NCBI RefSeq assembly: GCF_035999195.1 | Contig: NZ_DASYGY010000004.1 | Span: forward strand, 58,827 to 122,826 | Direction of reading: 5' to 3' | DNA length: 64,000 bases | Source: Pseudoxanthomonas sp. | GTDB taxonomy: Bacteria > Pseudomonadota > Gammaproteobacteria > Xanthomonadales > Xanthomonadaceae | Shown: in pieces, positions 10,271 to 18,945 of the stretch | Position numbering within the stretch: the first letter of the stretch is position 1 | How the letters are laid out: each line of letters opens with the position of its first letter | The notes under the pieces: model-generated | What the model saw: the letters and a program-made list of their open reading frames with translations, nothing else | Databases searched by the model: none | What the model was told of the DNA's origin: nothing | Position numbers and translations under genes: made by a program

Positions 10271-13200
10271 TTACAGCTTCTCGCCCCCCAGCTTCCAGGT
10301 GACCTGCAGGTAGTAGCTGCGGCCCATGGAGTCGAACCAGGACGTGTCGTAGTACGGATAGTTGGACCACGTCGCGTCGCGCGGCGGCATCTTGTCCAGC
10401 AGATTGTTGACGGTCAGCGACAGTCGCAGGTGGTCGGTGACGTCGTAACGCGCGCCGGCATTGAAGCGCCAGGTGGCACCGGTCCATGCGTCGTTGGCGT
10501 AGTTGGCGACCTTGCCCAGGTAATTGCCGAACAGGCTGGCGCCCCAGGCATCGCGGTCCCAGCTCATGCCCAGGTTGCCCTTGTGCCGCGGCAGCGTGGT
10601 GGCGCTGAAGCTGACGTCCAGCATGTCCTCTTCCGGGTCGCCGGGATACTGCTGCCGCGTGTGCTCGTCGGCCCACGTGTAGCTGCCGGTGAAGCGGAAG
10701 TCGCCGGCACGCTCGGTCTGCAGCCGGTAATTGGCGGTCAGGTCGATGCCCGAGGTTTCCTCGTTGGCGATGTTGATCGGGCTGAAGCGCACGCTGGTGA
10801 TGAAGCCGTCGGCGTCGCGCACCACGCGCGCCAGCGCGTCCACGCAGGTCGGCGAGCCGATGTCGACGCTGGCGCCGCTGTCGGTGACGCCGAGGCGGCA
10901 GTCGGCTTCGGCGATGCGCAGCAGTTCGCGGTCCTGGGTCTGGACCTGGTTCATCACCCGGATCCGGTAGTAGTCCACGGCCAGGTCGAGGTGGGGGCTG
11001 GGCGACCACACGAAGCCCACGGAGGCCGACCGGCTGGTCTCCACGTCCAGGTCCATGTTGCCGTTGTAGACGTCGAACGTCGCACCGTCCCAGCTGCCGT
11101 CGTCGTAGCATTCGTCGTTGCTGAAACCGGGCTCTTCGGTACGGCACTGGTAGTAGTCGGTCGCGAAGCGCGTGCGGTAGTAGTCGTCGCCGGCGAACAG
11201 GTAGTGCATGTCCGGGGCGCGGAAGCCGGTGCCGTACGAGCCGCGCACCAGCAGCGTATCGACCGGACGCCATTCCAGGCCCGCGCTGTAGGTGAACTTG
11301 CCGGGGTTCTTGTCGCCGTAGCGGTAGCGGTCGTAGCGGCCGGCCAGGCTGGCTTCGAGCGTGGAGGCTACCGGCAGGCGCAGCTCGGCGGCAGCGCCCC
11401 AGCGGTTGCGGTCGCCGCTGCCGTTGCCGTAGCGCGGGCCGTAGTACGCGTCCTCGGTCAGCGCCAGCGGATCGGGATTGATGCGGTAGGACTGGCGGCC
11501 GTATTCGATCGCGGCGGCGAATCCCGCATCGCCGGCCGGCAGCGAGAACAGGCTGGCGTTGTCCAGGGTGACGCTGACGTTGTCGTTCTTCGCCTCGGGG
11601 TGCCAGGTGGACATCGCGCCGATCGAAGCGAACTCGGCGGTCGTCAGTGGACGGAACAGGCGCGCCGGGTCGGCGTCGTAGATGGCGTAGCCGTCGTCGT
11701 CGTAGCCGAGCAGCGGGCCGAGGAAAAGTTCGTTGGCCGCTGCCGCACGGATACGGGGCATCTCCACGTCGGCCTTGTACTGGGAATGGTTGTAGGCCGC
11801 TTCCCAGTTCCAGCCATCGCCGAAGCCGCCGGTGAAGCCGGTGGTCACCGCCAGCGTCTTCTGGGTGGTGGTGTTCATGCGGTTGCGCAGGCCGCCGGTC
11901 TCCTCCGGCGTGAACTGGCGCGACCAGATTTCGTAGCGCTCGGTGGCGGCGTTGTAGAAGACCTTGTTGCGGTAGTTGTTGGTCGACGCCGGGTCGTGGA
12001 ACTCCCAGCCCATGTGGTCGCTGGCGGCGAGATTGCCGTTGGTGCCGGTGAGCAGCTTGACGGTCTGGTGGCCCGCCTGCACGTCGGCGAACCACGACAG
12101 TGTGTCGTTGATGCGGAACTCGAAGGCGCCATACGCCGTGATGCCGCGTCGTTCGTTCTGGATGGTGCGGTAGGCGATGGCGCGATCGCTGCCGCAATAG
12201 GTGCCGTAATCGGGGTCCTCCGCCAGCACGGTGGTGCCCTCGTTCAGGCCGGCCATGCCGACGCAGTCGTCGGTCGGCGCGACGTTGAGGTCGTTGTCCC
12301 AGTCGTAGAGCTGGGCGGTCATGCGCGGCAGGCGGCGTTCGTCGGTGGGCGCGTCGAACGTGGAGTCCTGGTTGCGGCGCTCGAACCCCCACAGCGGGCG
12401 CTTGTCCAGCAGCTCCACGCCGACGATGCCGCTGAAGTCGCCGCGCTCGAAGCCGGTGGTCAGGGTCAGCTTGTGCGATTCGCCGCCGCCGCGCTCGGTG
12501 TCGCCGTAGCGGTAGTCGAGGATCGTGCCGTCGGTGGACTTCTTCAGGATGAAGTTGATCACGCCCGCCATCGCGTCCGATCCGTAGACCGCCGAGGCGC
12601 TGCCGGTCAGCACTTCGATGCGGTCGATCATGCCGAGCGGAATGTTGCCGATGTCGGTGAAGTTGCTGCGGCCGTTGAGCGGCAGCGGGAAGTCGGCGAT
12701 GCGGCGGCCGTTGATCAGCACCAGCGTGTGGTTCGGTCCCAGCCCGCGCAGGTCCACCGCCTGCGCACCCGGCGTGGACTGGGCGTTGGTGGTGTTCTGC
12801 TGGCCGTAGACGCTGCCGCTGTTCTGGCTCAGCGAGCGCAGCACGTCGGGAACCGAGGTCAGGCCGGCGGCCTGGATCTGCTCCGCCGTCACCACGGTGA
12901 TCGGTGCCGGGCCCTCGATCTCCGCGCGCTTGATGCGTGAACCGGTGACCTGCAGCGTCTCCATCTGCGTCACGGGCTCTTCGGCCTGCGCGGCACCGCC
13001 GCCGGGAGGCGCCTCCTGGGGCGCGGGACGCGGCGCCGGTGCGCGACGGGGAGCGGCGTCGGCCTGCACGATCAGTACGGCGCCGGACGCATCGCGCCGG
13101 GCCTGGAAGCCGCTGCCCTGCAGCAGGCGGTCCAGTGCCTGGTCGGTGGACGTTGCGCCCTGCACGCCGCTGGTGCGGCGGCCCTTCAACTGGTCGGCGC

Positions 13201-13360
13201 GGTAGACCAGCTGCGTGCCGGACTGCTTGGCCAGCGTGTTGAGCGCCGTGGTCAGTTCGCCCGCAGGCAGGTCGATGCGGCCCGGGGCCGCCTGGGCCTG
13301 CGCGGCCAGCGCCGCACTACAGGCCATGCTCAACAGCAGGACGCGCACTGGATACCGCAT
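10271..13360 (-). CDS. TonB-dependent receptor/transducer with N-terminal STN signalling domain
   Basis: Signal peptide, STN-like IDLPAGELTTALNTLAKQSG, TonB box ETLQVTGSR, plug motif LRGLGPNHTLVLINGRR, RIEVLTGSASAVYGSDAMAGVINFI. Confidence 0.93.
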   Translation of the reverse strand: MRYPVRVLLLSMACSAALAAQAQAAPGRIDLPAGELTTALNTLAKQSGTQLVYRADQLKGRRTSGVQGATSTDQALDRLLQGSGFQARRDASGAVLIVQADAAPRRAPAPRPAPQEAPPGGGAAQAEEPVTQMETLQVTGSRIKRAEIEGPAPITVVTAEQIQAAGLTSVPDVLRSLSQNSGSVYGQQNTTNAQSTPGAQAVDLRGLGPNHTLVLINGRRIADFPLPLNGRSNFTDIGNIPLGMIDRIEVLTGSASAVYGSDAMAGVINFILKKSTDGTILDYRYGDTERGGGESHKLTLTTGFERGDFSGIVGVELLDKRPLWGFERRNQDSTFDAPTDERRLPRMTAQLYDWDNDLNVAPTDDCVGMAGLNEGTTVLAEDPDYGTYCGSDRAIAYRTIQNERRGITAYGAFEFRINDTLSWFADVQAGHQTVKLLTGTNGNLAASDHMGWEFHDPASTNNYRNKVFYNAATERYEIWSRQFTPEETGGLRNRMNTTTQKTLAVTTGFTGGFGDGWNWEAAYNHSQYKADVEMPRIRAAAANELFLGPLLGYDDDGYAIYDADPARLFRPLTTAEFASIGAMSTWHPEAKNDNVSVTLDNASLFSLPAGDAGFAAAIEYGRQSYRINPDPLALTEDAYYGPRYGNGSGDRNRWGAAAELRLPVASTLEASLAGRYDRYRYGDKNPGKFTYSAGLEWRPVDTLLVRGSYGTGFRAPDMHYLFAGDDYYRTRFATDYYQCRTEEPGFSNDECYDDGSWDGATFDVYNGNMDLDVETSRSASVGFVWSPSPHLDLAVDYYRIRVMNQVQTQDRELLRIAEADCRLGVTDSGASVDIGSPTCVDALARVVRDADGFITSVRFSPINIANEETSGIDLTANYRLQTERAGDFRFTGSYTWADEHTRQQYPGDPEEDMLDVSFSATTLPRHKGNLGMSWDRDAWGASLFGNYLGKVANYANDAWTGATWRFNAGARYDVTDHLRLSLTVNNLLDKMPPRDATWSNYPYYDTSWFDSMGRSYYLQVTWKLGGEKL

Positions 13361-13458
13361 CGACTTCTCCCCGGGGGCGCTCGGAATGGCGCCTGTCGGC
13401 TATCAGGACGAACGAACCGCACAAATCCCCCCATGACCTTCGTCGTGGCGTGCGCGGC

Positions 13459-14517
13459 CTAGCGTGTATGCAGGACGATGCGGTCCGCGTGCCGCTCGGC
13501 GCGCACCGGGAATCCCTGTTCCAGCAGGTGGGCGAAGCCCTCGGCGTTGGACCAGCGGAAGTTGCCGCCTACCCGCAGGTCGGCGACGGCGTCGTCGCCC
13601 AGCTCCAGCTTGCGGGTGTTGAAGCGGTTGAACTCGGCGGCAGCCGCGGCCAGCGAGGTATCGTCGAAGGTGAGGAAGCCGTCGCGCCATTCCAGGTACC
13701 GTTCCGCTTCCGCCACCGGCAGCGAACGCACCAGCACGCCGTTGCGGCCGGCCGTCGCCACGCTGCCGGCGGGCAGCAGCGACACCGGCTGTGCGCGACC
13801 ATCGGTAGCCGTGCGGCTCTCCAGCCGCACCTTGCCCTCGGTGACCACCACGCGGATCGCGTCCGGATCGCGGCGCACGGAGAAGCGCGTGCCGACCGCC
13901 TGCACGCGACGGCCTTCGGTTTCCACCACGAACGGGCGACGCGGGTCGTGGGCGACATCGAAGAAGGCTTCGCCCCGCGTCAGCGCCACATGCCGCTCGC
14001 CACGACTGATGCGCACCTCCAGATGGCTGTCGCTGCTCAACGTGGCCGTGGAGCCGTCGGGCAGGGTCACCGTCTGGATCTGGCCGACCGTGCTGGCATA
14101 CACCGCCTGCTCGCGGCCGGTCAGTTGCCAGCCGCCCCATGCCAGCGAGCCGAGCGCCAGCAGCGCGAGCGTCGCCGCCAGGCCCTGCGGCCAGCGACGG
14201 CGGCGGTGGCTGCCGCGCTCGCGCGGCGCGAAGGTGATGCCGCGAAGGTCCGGTCGTACGTCGGCAGGCAGGTCCTCTGTCCCGGCCATCGGCATGCGGC
14301 GCGCCGGCAGCGCGCCGGTCGGCACGCCCGCGCCGAGCGCCTGCAACCGGCCGGCTTCCGCCCACGCGGACTGCAGGCGCAGGAAGGCGACCTTGTGCCG
14401 CGCGGATTCGGCCAGCCAGGCATCGAGTGCCTGCTGCTCCTGCGCGGTCCAGTCGTCCGCATCGCGGCGGGCCAGCCAGTCGGCGGCCCGTGCTTCAATC
14501 TGTCTGCTGTCGGCCAT
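13459..14517 (-). CDS. FecR-family anti-sigma/sensor
   Basis: AADWLAR N-terminus, one TM, TLPDGSTATL..GEAFFDVAHD..RPFVV, VGTRF motifs. Confidence 0.92.
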   Translation of the reverse strand: MADSRQIEARAADWLARRDADDWTAQEQQALDAWLAESARHKVAFLRLQSAWAEAGRLQALGAGVPTGALPARRMPMAGTEDLPADVRPDLRGITFAPRERGSHRRRRWPQGLAATLALLALGSLAWGGWQLTGREQAVYASTVGQIQTVTLPDGSTATLSSDSHLEVRISRGERHVALTRGEAFFDVAHDPRRPFVVETEGRRVQAVGTRFSVRRDPDAIRVVVTEGKVRLESRTATDGRAQPVSLLPAGSVATAGRNGVLVRSLPVAEAERYLEWRDGFLTFDDTSLAAAAAEFNRFNTRKLELGDDAVADLRVGGNFRWSNAEGFAHLLEQGFPVRAERHADRIVLHTR

Positions 14518-15088
14518 GCGCCTCGTCCTCGTCCATGACGGGCCGGGCACCTCGCCCGTCCAGCGCAGGCACGGCGTCGCCGCCGTACAGGTGGTCGGCG
14601 ATCAGGCGCATCCCTTTGGCCAAATGCTTTTCCACGGTCTTCTCGCTGATGCCCAGTCGGCAGGCGACGTCCTTCTGCGGCAGTTCCTCCACGCGCCGCA
14701 GCCACACCACCTCGCGGCAACGGTCGGGGAGCCGGTCCAGGGCCTCGACCACGCGCTTGAGCGCCTGGCGGGTCCCGGTCCACCGCTCGGGCGACACCTC
14801 GTCGATCAGGTAGACGTTCGAGGACTCGAAATCACCCACTGGTTCGATCGACACCACCCGGCTGCGGCGCAGGCGGTCGGTCATCAGGTGGCGCGCGGTG
14901 GCGAACAGGAACGCCTTGGGCGTGTCCGGGCGCGTGCGCGACGCCGCTTCGTATACGCGTGCGTAGACCTCCTGGCGCAGGTCGTGCCACTCGTCCCGGT
15001 GCGGCCACGCGCGCTGCAGGAACAGCGCCAGCGCGCGTTCGTGGACGAGGACTTCGCGGACGAACCAGTCGTCGAGTTCGGTGGGCAT
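14495..15088 (-). CDS. ECF sigma-70 factor (FecI-like)
   Basis: DLRQEVYARV region 2; LDRLPDRCREVVWLRRVEELPQKDVACRLGISEKTVEKHL region 4. Confidence 0.92.
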   Translation of the reverse strand: MPTELDDWFVREVLVHERALALFLQRAWPHRDEWHDLRQEVYARVYEAASRTRPDTPKAFLFATARHLMTDRLRRSRVVSIEPVGDFESSNVYLIDEVSPERWTGTRQALKRVVEALDRLPDRCREVVWLRRVEELPQKDVACRLGISEKTVEKHLAKGMRLIADHLYGGDAVPALDGRGARPVMDEDEAHGRQQTD

Positions 15089-15207
15089 GGCCGCACTCTA
15101 TCCCAAGCGACGCGCCGATCCGCATGGGGGAAGCGGGCCGCCCCTTCGTCTCCACCATGCATCGGTGCGTGGCATCCTGCCGCGACCCTCGACCCTGGGA
15201 GTACGGC

Positions 15208-17148
15208 ATGGTGTCTGTCTTCGGCCTGTTGCGGCGCGGCGCGGTCTGCGTGGTGGCGCTCGCGTTGTCATTGCCGGCGTTCGCCGCCAGACCCGCGCAC
15301 TACGTACTCGGCGACACGGCGGCGAAGACGCCCGGACCGGTGCAGCCCGGCCTGCTGCTGATGGGCGGGGGCGACCGCAACTTCGACGCGTTGCGCTGGT
15401 TCATGAAGAAGGCGGGCAACGGCCACATCGTGGTGCTGCGCGCGTCGCAGGCCGGCGAGATCGGCGAGGAATTCTTCAACGAGGTCGGCGGCATCGTGTC
15501 GGTCGAGACCTGGGTGTTCAGCGACCGCGAAAGTGCAAGCGATCCTGCGGTGCTGCGCAGCCTGAAGCGCGCCGACGGCATCTTCCTGGCCGGCGGCGAC
15601 CAGTCGCGCTACGTGCGCTACTGGCGCGGCACGCCGGTCGGCGCGGCGCTCGATGCGCATGTCGCGGCGGGCAAGCCGCTCGGCGGCACCAGCGCCGGCC
15701 TGGCGATGCAGGGCGAATACCTGTACGGCGCGATGGACGGCGGCAGCCAGATCAGCCCGCGCGCGCTGGCCGACCCGCTCGGTCCGGACAACACCATCGA
15801 AACGGATTTCCTCAGGCTGCCGCTGCTCAAGGGCGTGATCACCGATACGCACTTCAGCGAACGCAACCGGCTGGGTCGCCTGATCGCCTTCGTCGCCAAG
15901 GCGGAGTCGATGGCACGTCGTCCGCTGATCGGCCTGGGGGTGGATGAAGACGCCGCCGTCGCCGTGGAAGCCGATGGCCGCGCGCGTGTCTACGCGACCG
16001 CGCCTGGCGCCGGTGCGACGGTGGTGAAGGGCGGCTTCGTGCAGGCGCAGGTGGAAGACGAGCCGATGCACCTCGAGCGCGTGGATACCGTGATCGCCGG
16101 CGCCGAATCAGTGCTGCACCTGCCCAGCGGCCGGGTCGAGAAGCCCGCGGCCGAGCGCCGTTATGCGGTGCGAGACGGGGTGCTGGTGGCGCTGGATTCG
16201 CCGCTGCTGGTGATCCATGGCGGTGCGGGCGTCGAACGCGCCGACATGACGCCGGCCGAAGAAGACGCGGCGCGCAAGGCGCTGGAAGCCGCGCTGCGTG
16301 CCGGCCATGCGCAGCTCGCCGCCGGCAAGCCGGCGCTGGATGCCGTGACCGCCGCGATCACCGTGCTGGAAGACGCGCCGTCGTTCAACGCCGGTCGCGG
16401 TGCGGTATTCACCCACGACGGCAGGAACGAACTCGACGCTTCGATCATGGACGGCACGACCGGCAAGGCCGGCGCCGTGGCCGGCGTGCACCGGGTCAGG
16501 AACCCGATCACGCTGGCGCGCGCAGTGATGGAGAAGTCGCGCCACGTGATGATGGTCGGCGGCGGCGCGGAGGCGTTCGCGAAGGAACAGGGCGTTGCGC
16601 TCGTGGACCCGTCGTACTTCCGCACCGAGAAGCGCTGGCAGCAGCTGCAGAAGGCGCTGCAGGAAGAGAAGCGGGCGCAGGCGAACAACACGCCGCTGGA
16701 CCTGCCGGGCAAGGCGTACTTCGGCACGGTCGGCGCGCTGGCGCTCGATACGAAGGGGGCGCTGGCCGCGGGCACCTCGACCGGAGGCATGACCAACAAG
16801 CGCTACGGCCGCGTCGGCGACGCACCCATCATCGGCGCGGGCACCTGGGCCGACGACCGCTGCGCGGTGTCCGGCACCGGCTGGGGCGAGTACTACATCC
16901 GCGCCGCCGCCGCGCACGAGATCTGCGCGCGCGTGCGCCTGTCGGGGCAGGGCATCGCGCGCGCCGCCGACAGCGTGATCAACCGCGACATCCCCAGGGT
17001 CGGCGGCGACGGCGGTGCCATCGCCCTCGGCGCCGACGGCAGCATGGCGTTCCCGTTCAATACCGAAGGCATGTACCGCGGCTGGATCGGCGCCGACGGC
17101 GTGCCGCACGTGGCGATCTACAAGGACGATCCGCTGCCTGTGAGGTGA
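15208..17148 (+). CDS. Exported fusion: cyanophycinase-like S51 peptidase + isoaspartyl peptidase/L-asparaginase (Ntn hydrolase)
   Basis: Signal peptide; GGGD, GGDQ, GTSAG, DTHFSERNRLGRL, GVDED (S51 triad motifs); then IHGGAG, FNAGRG, GTVGA (Thr nucleophile), TSTGG, RVGDAP, SGTGWGE. Confidence 0.88.
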   Translation: MVSVFGLLRRGAVCVVALALSLPAFAARPAHYVLGDTAAKTPGPVQPGLLLMGGGDRNFDALRWFMKKAGNGHIVVLRASQAGEIGEEFFNEVGGIVSVETWVFSDRESASDPAVLRSLKRADGIFLAGGDQSRYVRYWRGTPVGAALDAHVAAGKPLGGTSAGLAMQGEYLYGAMDGGSQISPRALADPLGPDNTIETDFLRLPLLKGVITDTHFSERNRLGRLIAFVAKAESMARRPLIGLGVDEDAAVAVEADGRARVYATAPGAGATVVKGGFVQAQVEDEPMHLERVDTVIAGAESVLHLPSGRVEKPAAERRYAVRDGVLVALDSPLLVIHGGAGVERADMTPAEEDAARKALEAALRAGHAQLAAGKPALDAVTAAITVLEDAPSFNAGRGAVFTHDGRNELDASIMDGTTGKAGAVAGVHRVRNPITLARAVMEKSRHVMMVGGGAEAFAKEQGVALVDPSYFRTEKRWQQLQKALQEEKRAQANNTPLDLPGKAYFGTVGALALDTKGALAAGTSTGGMTNKRYGRVGDAPIIGAGTWADDRCAVSGTGWGEYYIRAAAAHEICARVRLSGQGIARAADSVINRDIPRVGGDGGAIALGADGSMAFPFNTEGMYRGWIGADGVPHVAIYKDDPLPVR

Positions 17149-17196
17149 GGAAGGATGGCGGTATGCTCCCCCGGTCGACAACGGGGAGCAGGCGGC

Positions 17197-17937
17197 ATGA
17201 AGCGACTTGTGGGGATGGGGTTGTTGTCCGTGGCGTTCGGCGCCGTGGCGGGGGACAAGGCGGACGAGCCGATCAGGTTTTACGCCAGTGCGCGGGTGGT
17301 GCTGGATGCGCAAGGCGTGCCGCAGCAGGTGCAGGCGAACGAGAGGCTCTCGCCTGCCGTGCGCGCGGCGGTCGAGCAGCGCGTGATGCAGTGGCGCTTC
17401 GAGCCGGCGACCGTCGGGGGTGTCGCCAAGCCGGGTGTGACGCACGTGTTCCTGGACGCCTGTGCCATGCCCGCACCCGACGGCGGCATGACGCTGGCGA
17501 TGGACTATCGCTCCAACGGGCCGGGCCTTGCCGGCGGCGCGACCCTGGTGGCGCCACCGCTATATCCCGTGGGTGCGGCGCGCAACGGACAGGAAGGCAG
17601 CTTCAATGTGTTCATGCGCATCGGTCCGGATGGTCGCGCCTCGATCGAGCGCATCGAGCCGACGTCCGGCAAGGTGAAGCCGTTTGAGAAGACGCTGCGC
17701 GAGTGGGTAGGCGCGATGCGTTATGTGCCCGAGGTGGTGGATGCCACGCCCATCGCGACGCAGATGTCGATGCTGGTGGACTTCGAGCTGGGTGGCGGCA
17801 ACCTGCGGCAGGCGGCAAAGGAGCGACTTGAAAAAGACCGGCAGTCGGCGCAGTGCCAGGCGGCGGCCGGCGAGGGTGCCGATCCGAACCGCCCCGTCGT
17901 ACTCGACTCCCCCTTCAAGCCGATCACGACCGGCTGA
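17197..17937 (+). CDS. Exported protein with TonB C-terminal-like domains (paralogue 1)
   Basis: Signal peptide; WRFEPA and PPLYP..A...GQEG...V.MRIGPDGRA patterns. Confidence 0.65.
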   Translation: MKRLVGMGLLSVAFGAVAGDKADEPIRFYASARVVLDAQGVPQQVQANERLSPAVRAAVEQRVMQWRFEPATVGGVAKPGVTHVFLDACAMPAPDGGMTLAMDYRSNGPGLAGGATLVAPPLYPVGAARNGQEGSFNVFMRIGPDGRASIERIEPTSGKVKPFEKTLREWVGAMRYVPEVVDATPIATQMSMLVDFELGGGNLRQAAKERLEKDRQSAQCQAAAGEGADPNRPVVLDSPFKPITTG

Positions 17938-17968
17938 GGACGTGCGCCGTGATGCCTGGAGATGCTCG

Positions 17969-18697
17969 ATGAAAGCTTGGACGCTGTGGATTCTGCTGCT
18001 GTGCACCGGACCGGTCTGTGCGGCAGACAAGAACGATCCCGTCCTGTTTCCCGCGACCGCGCGGGTCGAACTGGATGCCGAAGGGGTTCCGCGCGGCGTG
18101 CAGGCCAGCAGCCGGCTGCCCGTGCCGGTCCGCGAGGCGATCGAGCGGCGCGTGGCGCAATGGCGCTTCGAACCGGCGCGCGTCGACGGGGTGGCCAAGC
18201 CCGGCATCACCCACGTCCGGCTGCAGGCCTGCGCGATTCCCAGGCCCGATGGCAGCCTGCACATCGGTATGGACTACCAGGGCAACGGACCGGGCTATGC
18301 GAACGATGCCCTGCGATTGCCGCGGCTGCCTTACCCGCCGGCAGCGGCCCGCGCCGGATCGCAGGCCGATATCGACCTCCACCTGCTCATCGGGGAGGAT
18401 GGTCTGGTCACCCTGCAGTCGATGAAGGCCACGCGCGGCTCCGTGAAGGAGTTCAAGGCCATGCTGGAAGCGTGGGTGGCGGCGATGCGGTATGTGCCGG
18501 AAGAGGTCGATGGTCGCCCCATCGCCACCCAGCTGCGCATTCCGGTCGAGTTCTTCATGTCGGAGCGCTCCCGCCGGCGCGAGCACCAGGTTGCTGCGGC
18601 CAAGACCCCCGAATGCATCGCGGCCGCCGGTCAGTCGGATGCGCCGGTGGACCCGGTGGTGCTGGATTCCCCCTTCAAACCCCTCCAGACCGGCTGA
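17969..18697 (+). CDS. Exported protein with TonB C-terminal-like domains (paralogue 2)
   Basis: Colinear with upstream gene (WRFEPA, AKPG.THV, MDY..NGPG, MRYVPE, PVVLDSPFKP). Confidence 0.65.
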   Translation: MKAWTLWILLLCTGPVCAADKNDPVLFPATARVELDAEGVPRGVQASSRLPVPVREAIERRVAQWRFEPARVDGVAKPGITHVRLQACAIPRPDGSLHIGMDYQGNGPGYANDALRLPRLPYPPAAARAGSQADIDLHLLIGEDGLVTLQSMKATRGSVKEFKAMLEAWVAAMRYVPEEVDGRPIATQLRIPVEFFMSERSRRREHQVAAAKTPECIAAAGQSDAPVDPVVLDSPFKPLQTG

Positions 18698-18772
18698 TCG
18701 CCGGGGCGCGGCGGGCTGCCGCTGCGGTGATGCGGCCCGCCCCGTTGGGTCGGTCGGCAGTGTGACCCCTGG

Positions 18773-18816
18773 CGCAAATGTGACTTCTGTAAGTTAAGAT
18801 ACGGCTCACATTTGCG
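18773..18816. promoter_or_regulatory. 11-bp perfect inverted repeat with TGTGA/TCACA halves (candidate Clp/CRP-type sites)
   Basis: cgcaaatgtga-N22-tcacatttgcg in an AT-rich island upstream of the adhesin-like gene. Confidence 0.45.
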
Positions 18817-18945
18817 GTCGGCCCCTCCTTGCCTGGAAGGCGTCCTGGGTCGGCTTGCCAACAGGGGGCAAGCGGTATTGGTCCGTTGTCGGGATGGACC
18901 TGGGGAGCGCCTCTTCCACAGAAGCGTCAGGGGATCCGTTCGTCG

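Noticed and set aside
545-12940. Very long antisense/alternate-frame ORFs (545..2305, 3080..5086, 9282..12392, 10247..12940 and many similar later)
   Set aside because: Shadow ORFs from high-GC codon bias opposite well-supported genes; no family motifs
15089-15207. Fur box at the sigma/FecR promoter
   Set aside because: Region is GC-rich with no GATAATGATAATCATTATC-like sequence
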